Virus record (IMG/VR): IMGVR_UViG_3300020044_005419
Location: 1-26,672 of that record
Length of the DNA: 26,672 nt
Source: a virus
Lineage: Duplodnaviria; Caudoviricetes
Reading direction: 5' to 3' (one strand)
Positions 6,106-13,710 of this stretch are shown here, in pieces; position 1 is the first letter of the stretch, and each line of letters starts with the position of its first letter. The notes below the pieces were generated by a model. It made no database searches. It was not told where the DNA came from and saw nothing but the letters and a program-made list of their open reading frames with translations. The position numbers and the translations under genes are program-made.

Positions 6106-6338
6106 TCGCTTGCATGGGAGGCTGGTGTTTTAGACGCCAGGAATGCTTCTATTACCACACTCAAGGCGAAGTCCTGATTGAGCGTGTATGTGAACCAGAC
6201 AATACAGATAACTTTCTACACATCAGATCATGTATCGTGAATTCGTCATTAGAAACCCTGACATCTGGCAAGCATTCTGCACAGTCGTTAAGACTAACGC
6301 AAAGGGATTTGCCGACAAGGGAACTCCATTCAGAATAA
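6102..6338 (+). CDS. Small Cys-rich hypothetical protein
   Basis: MIACMGGWC..R..C..Y; ATGA overlap; 3' end overlaps ninB. Confidence 0.45.
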   Translation: MIACMGGWCFRRQECFYYHTQGEVLIERVCEPDNTDNFLHIRSCIVNSSLETLTSGKHSAQSLRLTQRDLPTRELHSE

Positions 6339-6634
6339 TCCTGACTACTGACTCTGCAAAGCGAAACGAACTTCAGAATCGCAGGTATTGGGGATATTTA
6401 CTCAAACATATTGCTGACCAAGCATTTGTTAACGGACAGCAGTTTGATAAGGACATATGGCATGAGTATGTTGCTAGAAAGTTTGGAGTATTAGAAGAGA
6501 TTATTCTGCCTGATGGTGAGATAATAACCAGACGCAAATCTACTACTCAAATGACTGTCTCAGAGTTTGGTGAGTACATGGAAAACGTCGAGGCTTATGC
6601 AGCGATGAACCTTGGAGTCTCCTTTGAACAATAA
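6230..6634 (+). CDS. ninB: NinB/Orf-family recombination mediator
   Basis: KRNELQNRRYW, D.WHEY...F, STTQMTVSEF.EY.E.VEA.A motifs. Confidence 0.85.
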   Translation: MYREFVIRNPDIWQAFCTVVKTNAKGFADKGTPFRIILTTDSAKRNELQNRRYWGYLLKHIADQAFVNGQQFDKDIWHEYVARKFGVLEEIILPDGEIITRRKSTTQMTVSEFGEYMENVEAYAAMNLGVSFEQ

Positions 6635-6884
6635 GCTGAATGCTCAAGAGCGAATCCATCTCGCCAGGGTCAAGTCTCTTCCATGTTCAGTGTGTGATGC
6701 GCCAGGCCCAAGTGATGCCCACCATGTGGTCCAAGGACTCCAGTACACCTGCATAGCCCTCTGTCCTGACTGTCACACAAGCCCGCGGCTGGGCTGGCAT
6801 GGTGAGAAGTTCGCCTGGAAGATCAGGAAAATGGAAGAGATCGATGCCCTTAACGTGACGATCAAGCGGCTATGTCTAACTTAG
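6612..6884 (+). CDS. Small zinc-binding HNH-like nuclease (DUF968/Ref-like)
   Basis: LPCSVC...DAHH...IALCPDCH; start uncertain. Confidence 0.65.
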   Translation: MESPLNNKLNAQERIHLARVKSLPCSVCDAPGPSDAHHVVQGLQYTCIALCPDCHTSPRLGWHGEKFAWKIRKMEEIDALNVTIKRLCLT

Positions 6885-7198
6885 AAGCACTCCTGCTCGA
6901 CCAGATCAAAGCCGCTGAACTGAAGGCCCCGGTCATCGAGTACAAGTTCCACCCTGGTCGCCGCTGGAGGTTCGACATCTGCTGGCCTGACGATCATCTT
7001 GCAGTCGAGGTTGAGGGAGGGACATGGATCAACGGGCGTCACAACCGTGGATCAGGGTTCGAAAAAGACGCAGAAAAATACGCGGAAGCCTTGTGTTTGG
7101 GTTGGAAAGTGCTTAGAGTTACTGGGTCGCAGATTTGCACCGGCAAAGCGATAAAATGGATTTGTGAACTTCAACAAGAGAAAGACAAGACATGCTGA
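6872..7198 (+). CDS. PD-(D/E)xK endonuclease (DUF559/Vsr-like)
   Basis: EYKFHPGRRWRFD..W....LAVEVEGG...GRH...D.EKY..A...GWKVLR. Confidence 0.8.
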   Translation: MSNLEALLLDQIKAAELKAPVIEYKFHPGRRWRFDICWPDDHLAVEVEGGTWINGRHNRGSGFEKDAEKYAEALCLGWKVLRVTGSQICTGKAIKWICELQQEKDKTC

Positions 7199-7488
7199 AC
7201 GCTACCCATGTTTGCGCTAAGTTCAAGATTAGCCGACTGAAACTGACCCAACTGCTCAAGGAAGGCCAGTTCCCTGCTCCCACCTCGCAACTCGGAATCT
7301 TCAAGTTCTGGACTCCTGAGAGCGTTGAAGGCTGGACTTCTCCTGCCAAGCCCCGTAAGGAAAAGGTCAAGTCCACCATCGTGAAGTACCGCGACGGTGA
7401 GAACACTTGGGCTGGCCGCGGAAAGATGGCGAACTGGCTGAAGGTTCACATTGCTGCTGGACGTTCAATTGAGGAATTCAAGGTATGA
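7192..7488 (+). CDS. AlpA-like HTH fused to an H-NS C-terminal DNA-binding domain
   Basis: N-terminal ISR..L..LLKEGQFPAP..LG...WTPESVEGW (AlpA/Xis); C-terminal KYRDGENTWAGRGK..NWL...G.SIEEF (H-NS TWxGxGR motif). Confidence 0.75.
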   Translation: MLNATHVCAKFKISRLKLTQLLKEGQFPAPTSQLGIFKFWTPESVEGWTSPAKPRKEKVKSTIVKYRDGENTWAGRGKMANWLKVHIAAGRSIEEFKV

Positions 7489-8084
7489 AGGTCTACAAAG
7501 CGATAAACGATGTTCAAGCTGCTTTGGCGGTTACGGGCATCACTAAAGATCGAAAGAACCAGCAGCAGAACTACACGTTTCGAGGCATTGATGATGTCTA
7601 CAACGCACTGGCCCCGCTGCTGGCGAAACACGGTCTTTGCATCTTGCCGCGCATCTTGTCTCGGGAATGCGTTGAGCGGCAAACTGCAAAAGGCGGGACA
7701 TTGTTCTATGTGACCGTTGAGGCAGAGTTCGACTTTGTGTCCTCAGAAGACGGCAGCAAGCACATTGTCAAGACGTTTGGCGAGGCAATGGACTCTGCCG
7801 ACAAGGCAACCAACAAGGCAATGTCTGCCGCCTATAAGTACGCTGCATTCCAAGCGTTTGCCATCCCAACTGAGGGTGACAACGACAGCGAAAATGTTGA
7901 GCCAGGCGACAACTACACAAAGTTTGAGCAGGAACATCTGCCCGCCATGAAGGAAGTGTCCAAGAAAGGCCTGGAAGCCCTTCAGAACGCTTTTAACGCA
8001 CTGCCCAAGACCGAGGTAGCCAAGCGCTTCTGGGCGACCCATAGCAAGGAGCTAAAGCAAATTGCTCAGAACTCCGTGGTTTAA
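7485..8084 (+). CDS. erf: ERF-family single-strand annealing protein
   Basis: NY.FRGIDDVYNAL.PLLAKHGL and GEAMDSADKATNKAMSAAYKYA..QAFAIPTEGD. Confidence 0.9.
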   Translation: MKVYKAINDVQAALAVTGITKDRKNQQQNYTFRGIDDVYNALAPLLAKHGLCILPRILSRECVERQTAKGGTLFYVTVEAEFDFVSSEDGSKHIVKTFGEAMDSADKATNKAMSAAYKYAAFQAFAIPTEGDNDSENVEPGDNYTKFEQEHLPAMKEVSKKGLEALQNAFNALPKTEVAKRFWATHSKELKQIAQNSVV

Positions 8085-8331
8085 GGGTCACGAAAAGCCT
8101 GTTCGCCCAGGCGTTTACGAGAGGATGTATTCAACATGGACAGGCCGACACGATTTGGTTCAGTTCTGTTACTTCGATGGAAGCGTCTGGTACATGCATG
8201 GCGATACGGTGGAACAAGCCCTGAGCAGGACGCTTTTAGGTGCCACGGCGAGTCAGTCTTTACGTTGGCGCGGTGTTGTTCGGGAAACTGCAACCAAGGC
8301 AGAAAGTGTGTATGGATCAAAGAACCAATGA
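8062..8331 (+). CDS. Hypothetical phage protein
   Basis: TPWF....KPVRPGVYER...FDG..W...WRG pattern; fills the gap between erf and the exonuclease. Confidence 0.65.
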   Translation: MLRTPWFKGHEKPVRPGVYERMYSTWTGRHDLVQFCYFDGSVWYMHGDTVEQALSRTLLGATASQSLRWRGVVRETATKAESVYGSKNQ

Positions 8332-8923
8332 ATGGGATCAGGCCAGGCTCGGTAACGCCACCGCCTCCAAGATCAACGACATAGTTGCGAAGACCAAGGA
8401 CGGCAAAGCCTCAGCCAGTAGGAAGAACTACGCTGTTCGCCTGGCACTCGAGCGTCTGACCCGGAACAAGACCGTGACCTTCCAGAACTCCGAGATGCTT
8501 TGGGGAGTTGAGAAAGAACCGCTTGCCAGGGCAGCGTATGAGGCTTCTAGGGGCGTTTTGGTGATGGAGGAAGGCTATGTCCCTCACCCAACAATTGAAC
8601 GCTCTGGAGCCTCTCCTGATGGGCTTGTAGGCAATGATGGGCTGGTCGAGATCAAGTGTCCGAACGAAGCGACTCATTTGGATAACTTGATGCGAGGTTC
8701 AGCCGACCCTCAGTACCTCAACCAGATGTACTGGCAGATGGCATGTACTGACCGCAAGTGGTGCGACTTCGTGTCCTATGACCCACGTTTCCCAGAACAC
8801 CTCCAGATGGTTGTCTATAGGGTAAACCATGATGCGGAAAAGATCGGTCAGTTGGAAAATGAAGTGGTCAAGTTCCTTGGGGAAGTTGATGCGATTGTGG
8901 AGAAGTTGAATGGCCTTGCTTGA
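8312..8923 (+). CDS. YqaJ/lambda-type exonuclease
   Basis: QRTNEW.QARLG.ATAS, WG.EKE, GASPDGLV, EIKCP, QMYWQM, CDFVSYDPR. Confidence 0.92.
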   Translation: MDQRTNEWDQARLGNATASKINDIVAKTKDGKASASRKNYAVRLALERLTRNKTVTFQNSEMLWGVEKEPLARAAYEASRGVLVMEEGYVPHPTIERSGASPDGLVGNDGLVEIKCPNEATHLDNLMRGSADPQYLNQMYWQMACTDRKWCDFVSYDPRFPEHLQMVVYRVNHDAEKIGQLENEVVKFLGEVDAIVEKLNGLA

Positions 8924-9089
8924 TCTACTGAAGCAGGGTCCAGTGACTCAACAGTTGGCGTTAGATAAGTTGAAGTTGTTCAGACTTGCTCAGGCAATCA
9001 ATGCTCTGCGCGATGAAGGACATGACATCAAGACCGTACTCAAGGAAAAGAGCGGTCGAGTAATTTGTGAATATCACTTGAAAGGTTAA
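8910..9089 (+). CDS. Small winged-HTH protein
   Basis: Not in the ORF track: MALLDLLKQGPVTQQLALDKLKLFRLAQAINALRDEGHDIKT...EYHL (59 aa); RLA..I..LR..G..I.T motif. Confidence 0.7.
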   Translation: MALLDLLKQGPVTQQLALDKLKLFRLAQAINALRDEGHDIKTVLKEKSGRVICEYHLKG

Positions 9090-9091
9090 AG

Positions 9092-9469
9092 ATGCGTTTG
9101 ATTGGTATTGCTAGATTGGGTAAGGACGCTGAGATTCGTTCTACTCGCAATGGGACCACCGTAGCCAACATCACGATGGCATACAACTACGGGATGAAAG
9201 ATAGGGACAACAAGAAGCCTTCCCAGTGGGTGCAGGCGTCTCTGTTTGGCGAACGTGCTGACTCGCTGGCTCCGTATTTGGGGAAGGGCACTCAGGTCTT
9301 CTGTATCCTCAAGGACGTTCACATCGAGGTGTATGAGGGTCGGGATGGAAAGACCTACAACAACCTGCGCGGTACCATCGATGTCATCGAGTTCGTCGGT
9401 AAGGCAGAGAAGGTTCAATCTGCCAAGGGCCAGCCCGATGATGATTTTGACGATCAAATCCCATTTTGA
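9092..9469 (+). CDS. ssb: Single-stranded DNA-binding protein
   Basis: RLGKDAEIR, YLGKG.QV and acidic tail DDDFDDQIPF. Confidence 0.92.
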   Translation: MRLIGIARLGKDAEIRSTRNGTTVANITMAYNYGMKDRDNKKPSQWVQASLFGERADSLAPYLGKGTQVFCILKDVHIEVYEGRDGKTYNNLRGTIDVIEFVGKAEKVQSAKGQPDDDFDDQIPF

Positions 9470-9471
9470 TC

Positions 9472-9603
9472 ATGCACACCAACCCTGACGGCACAAAGAA
9501 GAAAGACGCTCCCCCAGGCTGGCCTTTCGGAACTGTCAAGCCGCCTACCAAGAAGCAACTCCAGCAGCAAATCCTTGAGGAATCCGATGCCGCACTACTA
9601 TGA
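9472..9603 (+). CDS. Hypothetical 43-aa protein
   Basis: MHTNPDGTKKKDAPPGWPFG...AALL*; fills the gap after ssb. Confidence 0.5.
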   Translation: MHTNPDGTKKKDAPPGWPFGTVKPPTKKQLQQQILEESDAALL

Positions 9604-9802
9604 CGCAGCCACTGGACAGATGTGCTTTGGCACCGCGCTCGAGGCCATGCGTAACGGCAAGCGGATTCGTCGCAAAGCCTGGAGTACGGGGTGGTTCGTC
9701 AGTAAGGTCATGCTGGATATGTGCCCTTACATGAACATCACATCACAAGACATCATGGCCCAAGATTGGGAAGAACTCTATGACGATACGACAACTGGTT
9801 AA
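9587..9802 (+). CDS. DUF2829 / Tad2-like protein
   Basis: M.FGTALEAMRNGKRIRRKAW...SQDIMAQDWE matches the DUF2829 termini; GAGGA RBS. Confidence 0.7.
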   Translation: MPHYYDAATGQMCFGTALEAMRNGKRIRRKAWSTGWFVSKVMLDMCPYMNITSQDIMAQDWEELYDDTTTG

Positions 9803-9938
9803 GCACTCCCGTGAACTCTGGAACACCGGGAATCAGCGGCTCGACCGCTACAACCGCAAAGCCTGGGTGCGCTCCGTAATCCGACTCGGCGACCGTTGGT
9901 TGCTTGCCAAGAATGTTCACCGCATCCAACATCTATAA
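9780..9938 (+). CDS. Small basic phage protein (52 aa)
   Basis: Not in the ORF track: MTIRQLVKHSRELW...RYNRKAWVRSVIRLGDRWLLAK; overlaps both neighbours. Confidence 0.55.
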   Translation: MTIRQLVKHSRELWNTGNQRLDRYNRKAWVRSVIRLGDRWLLAKNVHRIQHL

Positions 9939-10158
9939 GTACCCACCTATGCCAGCCACTGGAACTGAAAGCAGAGTCATCGTTGACATCGTGCGCCGCC
10001 AGCAGATGGGGATCGCCAAGTACAAGACCACCGTGGAGGCCAATCCTCTCGCGTTCAAGCAGTGGCTGACCCATGCGTACGAAGAAACTCTCGACCTTGC
10101 CATCTATCTGAAGAGAGCGATGGAAGAACTCGAGAAGAATCAGGACGACATGAAATGA
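9913..10158 (+). CDS. Small helical protein with a MazG-like EExxD motif
   Basis: R...G.AKY...WLTHAYEETLDLAIYL. Confidence 0.6.
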   Translation: MFTASNIYKYPPMPATGTESRVIVDIVRRQQMGIAKYKTTVEANPLAFKQWLTHAYEETLDLAIYLKRAMEELEKNQDDMK

Positions 10159-10586
10159 ATCCAATTGATTCGGTTAACGAATGGGTTGATGGGGTAGGCC
10201 ACAACTACCACACAGAACTCTATGCTTCCCTTGTTTTGGAGGAGGCCAAGGAGATGCTGGAGGCGATGGAGTGTCCCGGCCTGGCAACAGAGATCAGGAG
10301 AACTATTGGGTGTTTGGATGGCCTGTCCTACTCAATCCGGAAGGAGCCGGATGAGCTGGAGGCAAATCCTATTGAGTTGCTGGATGCCGCTCTTGATCTT
10401 GCCTGGGTCAGTCTGTGCCTTGCTCGTACTCTTGTTGGCGACAATCTAGGGGCCGCCTGGAGCGAGTTGCATCGTTCTAACATTATTGACAAGCAGGTGA
10501 ATGGCAAGTTCATCAAAGACACCAACGGCAAGGTTCTGAAGCCCGCAAAATGGCAAGCACCGGACTTCGATCAGTTTTTACTATGA
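10155..10586 (+). CDS. MazG-like (PRA-PH type) nucleotide pyrophosphohydrolase
   Basis: LVLEEAKE, ELLDAALDL, E.HRSN..K, GKVLKP..W..PD. Confidence 0.8.
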   Translation: MNPIDSVNEWVDGVGHNYHTELYASLVLEEAKEMLEAMECPGLATEIRRTIGCLDGLSYSIRKEPDELEANPIELLDAALDLAWVSLCLARTLVGDNLGAAWSELHRSNIIDKQVNGKFIKDTNGKVLKPAKWQAPDFDQFLL

Positions 10587-10798
10587 AGCTGACGATTGAA
10601 TTCGACCTCAACGATCCTGATGCCAAGCATAGGTTTGAGCGTATGTACCACGCTGAAACTGCCTGGGCAGCGATTGAGGAGTCCTACAACAAGGTCAGGC
10701 TGGCACTAAAACACATCGACCAAGAAGAGGCATTTCGAGATGCCATGGTTGAGACTCGCGCCATCCTGATGAACGCTATGGATCAGATCGATGACTGA
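10583..10798 (+). CDS. Hypothetical phage protein
   Basis: MKLTIEFDL.D..; ATGA overlap. Confidence 0.65.
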   Translation: MKLTIEFDLNDPDAKHRFERMYHAETAWAAIEESYNKVRLALKHIDQEEAFRDAMVETRAILMNAMDQIDD

Positions 10799-11021
10799 TG
10801 TAGCAAAGTGCGAAGGCATCAAACACCACAACGAACACTGGGGAAGTTGGATAGATGACTACTGTTTCGATTGCGAAAGGCGGCGTTATCCGTCTGGAGA
10901 ATGGCAAGTTTGGATGTCACCCTGGCAAGGTTCAGGCAAATGCGTCTATAAAATCAAGAATTCTGGCGCTGATCAAGGAAAACGGACCAATGTCGGCCCG
11001 CGAGATCGCCCAGGAACTTAA
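10791..11021 (+). CDS. Small Cys-containing hypothetical protein
   Basis: D.AKC.G...CFDC.R...C pattern; overlaps the previous stop. Confidence 0.5.
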   Translation: MTDVAKCEGIKHHNEHWGSWIDDYCFDCERRRYPSGEWQVWMSPWQGSGKCVYKIKNSGADQGKRTNVGPRDRPGT

Positions 11022-11334
11022 ACTGGACACGCCCAATCGGGTTCCAGCGGCCCTGCAAGGATCAAAGGAATACCATATCTATTCCTACCGCAGGGATGAG
11101 GACGGTGGTCGGCTATATCCTCGGGCACTGTACGCATACGGCCCTGGGCGAGATGCTCCTAAGCCTAAGCCTCTGACCAAGGTTGACTACAACAAAAGAA
11201 GTAAGTTAAAAATGAAACGCACTGTCACATCAGTGTGGGACTTAGGTATTCCATCGAGGGAACGAAGACAACATGCAGTGTCCAGAGTGCGGGGCATGGA
11301 CAAGAGTCCTACAGACATCGTTGAGGCTGGATAA
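10855..11334 (+). CDS. Winged-HTH DNA-binding protein (start uncertain, probably further downstream)
   Basis: RILALIKENGPMSAREIAQEL, then Y..GPG.DAPKP and SVWDL. Confidence 0.6.
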   Translation: MTTVSIAKGGVIRLENGKFGCHPGKVQANASIKSRILALIKENGPMSAREIAQELKLDTPNRVPAALQGSKEYHIYSYRRDEDGGRLYPRALYAYGPGRDAPKPKPLTKVDYNKRSKLKMKRTVTSVWDLGIPSRERRQHAVSRVRGMDKSPTDIVEAG

Positions 11335-11512
11335 CACCAAGGTCAGACGGATTGAGTGCGCTAATCTGCACAGGTTCTCCACAGTTGAAAGAGTAGAAGT
11401 CATCCAGCATGGTGGAGCCCGACAAGGACACATATGGAGAACAGCACAGAGCCGAGTGCGAGGCCAGGTGGGTTCTCAAGATGAAGCTGGCAGATCGCAG
11501 GGACTACCTTGA
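11273..11512 (+). CDS. Zinc-ribbon protein (NrdR N-terminal-like)
   Basis: MQCPECGAWTRVL.T...RR.EC...HRFST.E. Confidence 0.65.
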   Translation: MQCPECGAWTRVLQTSLRLDNTKVRRIECANLHRFSTVERVEVIQHGGARQGHIWRTAQSRVRGQVGSQDEAGRSQGLP

Positions 11513-11609
11513 GTCGATTGAGAAATATCGCGGCAAGGACGGTAGAAAGTATCTAGAGGACTTCATCAAGACCGAGTGGGCCAAAAAAAAGACCCCCGGA
11601 GGGGCCTAA
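11409..11609 (+). CDS. Hypothetical phage protein
   Basis: EQHR.ECEARWVL...RR.YL..IEK.RG; last gene of the early operon. Confidence 0.6.
   Translation: MVEPDKDTYGEQHRAECEARWVLKMKLADRRDYLESIEKYRGKDGRKYLEDFIKTEWAKKKTPGGA
11583..11607 (-). terminator. Rho-independent terminator of the late/lysis transcript
   Basis: Minus strand GGCCCC-tccg-GGGGTC followed by T8, just past the lysozyme stop. Confidence 0.75.
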
Positions 11610-11632
11610 GAGCTTTCGCTCGACAGGAGAAA

Positions 11633-12094
11633 CTACAGCAACGAACTCTCAGCAGTTCTGCGGATTGTAAGCCCTCGCATTACTCTTCCGGCAGCTTTAT
11701 TCCACTTGACGATCTCTTCCTTTGCGCCAGCCCAATCTTCGGCATCTACCCGCTTCTTCAGCGTACTGACTCGGTAATTGCCCATCCCGCAGTTGAAGCA
11801 GAAGGATGTGATGGCAGCGTGTCTCCTAGGCGATTTGGCTAGCACAGGCGACATTCTTAGGCTTGCCAAGGCAAAGTGCTTGACCTCTGCTTCCAGACGC
11901 TCCTGAGCCTGTTCTAGCGTCCATACGGTATCTGGGTTGATGTCCTTACCCGTACAGCCCCAGCCAATCGTCCAGGGTTCTGCGCCAGTGCCAGGGTCGG
12001 GATAGGCTTTGCAGGAACCGTCAGGCAACTTCTTGTGATAGCCCTCGAAAGGCTTGATCAAAGCCTCCGTAGCTAATTTGATTGCCTCGTTCAC
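11633..12094 (-). CDS. Endolysin, GH24 phage lysozyme
   Basis: FEG...AYPDP...WTIGWG.T catalytic E/D/T pattern; FN.G.G; GL..RR..E. Confidence 0.92.
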   Translation of the reverse strand: MNEAIKLATEALIKPFEGYHKKLPDGSCKAYPDPGTGAEPWTIGWGCTGKDINPDTVWTLEQAQERLEAEVKHFALASLRMSPVLAKSPRRHAAITSFCFNCGMGNYRVSTLKKRVDAEDWAGAKEEIVKWNKAAGRVMRGLTIRRTAESSLL

Positions 12095-12570
12095 TTCTGA
12101 TATTTCTCAATCGACCTACCAACGAACCAGAACGAAATCACCATGTTAAGCATGGCAAAGTCATCCGCTCCCCAGCCCTGAGCGACCACTTCTTTCCAAT
12201 CAGCGTTTCCTTGCAGGGCCAGCATCAGGCTAGACACCTTGACAGCAGCGTACATCCCAAAGATTGCCCAGGTGATGCCAGGCCGCACCAGAGCCGAGAT
12301 CGCAGAGACAAACCATCCCGCCTCTTTGGCCGTAGCAGACTGTTCCTTGAAGGCTTCCTGTAGCGTCTTGAGTTGCTCAGTGGAATAGTCAACGTACTTC
12401 TCTTCCATGCGGAAAGTACCTTTAACCTTTTCCAGATCGGTCTGCAGCGTGAACATACTCAGTTCATGCTTGCGTTCGTCTTTCTTGTCTATGAACTTGA
12501 GGACTTCTGGAGCAAGGCGGAACACGCCACCAAACACACCACCAAGTAGTCCAGCAAGAATTTCAAACAT
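12091..12570 (-). CDS. Putative holin (3TM/GTA-holin-like)
   Basis: N-terminal hydrophobic helix, D.KHEL, VRP.IT and FWFVGR motifs; adjacent to the endolysin. Confidence 0.6.
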   Translation of the reverse strand: MFEILAGLLGGVFGGVFRLAPEVLKFIDKKDERKHELSMFTLQTDLEKVKGTFRMEEKYVDYSTEQLKTLQEAFKEQSATAKEAGWFVSAISALVRPGITWAIFGMYAAVKVSSLMLALQGNADWKEVVAQGWGADDFAMLNMVISFWFVGRSIEKYQK

Positions 12571-12571
12571 A

Positions 12572-12964
12572 TCAGGCCCCCGTAGTAATCTTGTCAAGAC
12601 CCTTGGTCACCGTGACCTTATCTCCCTTGACATCAACCTGCATAGGGTCATCCTTGTCAAGTCGAGCGATCAATTCCTTGATGATCGTGATCTCAGGCTT
12701 CTCAGGCGTCTTGGCTTCATTCACGATGCCGTTGACCATCTGGATCAGAGCCATCGTCGCAGTCGCCACTAGACCAATGACAGCAGGAAGTGAATCACCA
12801 GGCAGAAAAGCAGCAGAGCCGACACCCACAAGTACCAGCAGAAAAATCCAGACAACTGCTTCTTTGCCTATAGCCTTGGCAGCGACCTCTTTGGCAGAAG
12901 CCTGAGCCTCCAGCTTTTGGAGTTCAATCTTGGCTTGAGCCTTTAGGACATCAAGTTCAGTCAT
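12572..12964 (-). CDS. Two-TM membrane protein in the lysis cassette
   Basis: Two hydrophobic helices flanked by charged regions. Confidence 0.65.
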   Translation of the reverse strand: MTELDVLKAQAKIELQKLEAQASAKEVAAKAIGKEAVVWIFLLVLVGVGSAAFLPGDSLPAVIGLVATATMALIQMVNGIVNEAKTPEKPEITIIKELIARLDKDDPMQVDVKGDKVTVTKGLDKITTGA

Positions 12965-13224
12965 TTGACGAACTTACTTCCAAACTGGATCAGGGCAAAC
13001 AGAGTCACCGCCAAGCCCCACACCCCAATTCCGCGGTTGACCCACATCTCAACCTTGCGATCAAGTTTGTTGTGGGCGGTTTCGCTTGCAGCCATTTTCT
13101 GCTCAACCTTACCTATGCGCTCTCCTTGATTGGAAATGCGCTCTTCAACCAGAACTAGCCTGGTGACGGCATCAGTTAGCTTGTCTACCTTGGATTCAAG
13201 CCGTTTGAAGTCATCGTCTGTCAT
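12961..13224 (-). CDS. Coiled-coil protein with C-terminal TM (XhlA/holin-like)
   Basis: Heptad RLESKVDKL...LVEER; C-terminal hydrophobic helix. Confidence 0.7.
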   Translation of the reverse strand: MTDDDFKRLESKVDKLTDAVTRLVLVEERISNQGERIGKVEQKMAASETAHNKLDRKVEMWVNRGIGVWGLAVTLFALIQFGSKFVK

Positions 13225-13379
13225 TCGCTAGAACTCTCAGAAAGTTGTGCTTCAGCCTGGGCCTTGAGTTTCGACCACAACTCAATGACCGCCTCCATAG
13301 GAAGTTTACCCAAGCCGGCCATGATGATGTTCATGTCGTTGATCGAAAGATCGGATAGTGTGATTTTCTTGTCTTGCAT
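13221..13379 (-). CDS. Small protein downstream of the tail fibre genes (52 aa)
   Basis: Not in the ORF track: MQDKKITLSDLSINDMNIIMAGLGKLPMEAVIELWSKLKAQAEAQL; overlaps both neighbours. Confidence 0.7.
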   Translation of the reverse strand: MQDKKITLSDLSINDMNIIMAGLGKLPMEAVIELWSKLKAQAEAQLSESSSE

Positions 13380-13699
13380 TAGTTGCTCCAGGGGAGTTCG
13401 GGTGAAACGATTGGGGGGTTGATCTGATTGTCAATCTGGTTCTGCACTGCAGCTTCAGTGGCGTCCTTATCGACACCATTAGCCCAGCACCAGTCAAGTA
13501 TCATATCTTGCGTAAGGTCAGCGTAGGACACAAATGTCCCGCCTTCCACTACTGAGAAAGAACAGGTCGAGTACACAGACCCAGTGTATTCACCATCCAC
13601 ACCAGTGCATTGCCAGTGAGCCGTGACAACGTAGTCAGGGCCTTCTGGTGTACTGGGAAGACAGTCAAGGCGGCTAATAGTCCAAGTGATCGTGGTCAT
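13379..13699 (-). CDS. Tail-fibre-associated protein (possible chaperone)
   Basis: TWTI..L...VVTAHW...F..Y.DLT...L.W...LPW C-terminus; AAGGA RBS. Confidence 0.7.
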   Translation of the reverse strand: MTTITWTISRLDCLPSTPEGPDYVVTAHWQCTGVDGEYTGSVYSTCSFSVVEGGTFVSYADLTQDMILDWCWANGVDKDATEAAVQNQIDNQINPPIVSPELPWSN

Positions 13700-13710
13700 G
13701 GTGGTTCCTT

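Noticed and set aside
3254-11609. Lysogeny module (integrase, CI/Cro, att site)
   Set aside because: No recombinase or S24-peptidase repressor motifs seen; lifestyle cannot be determined from this window.
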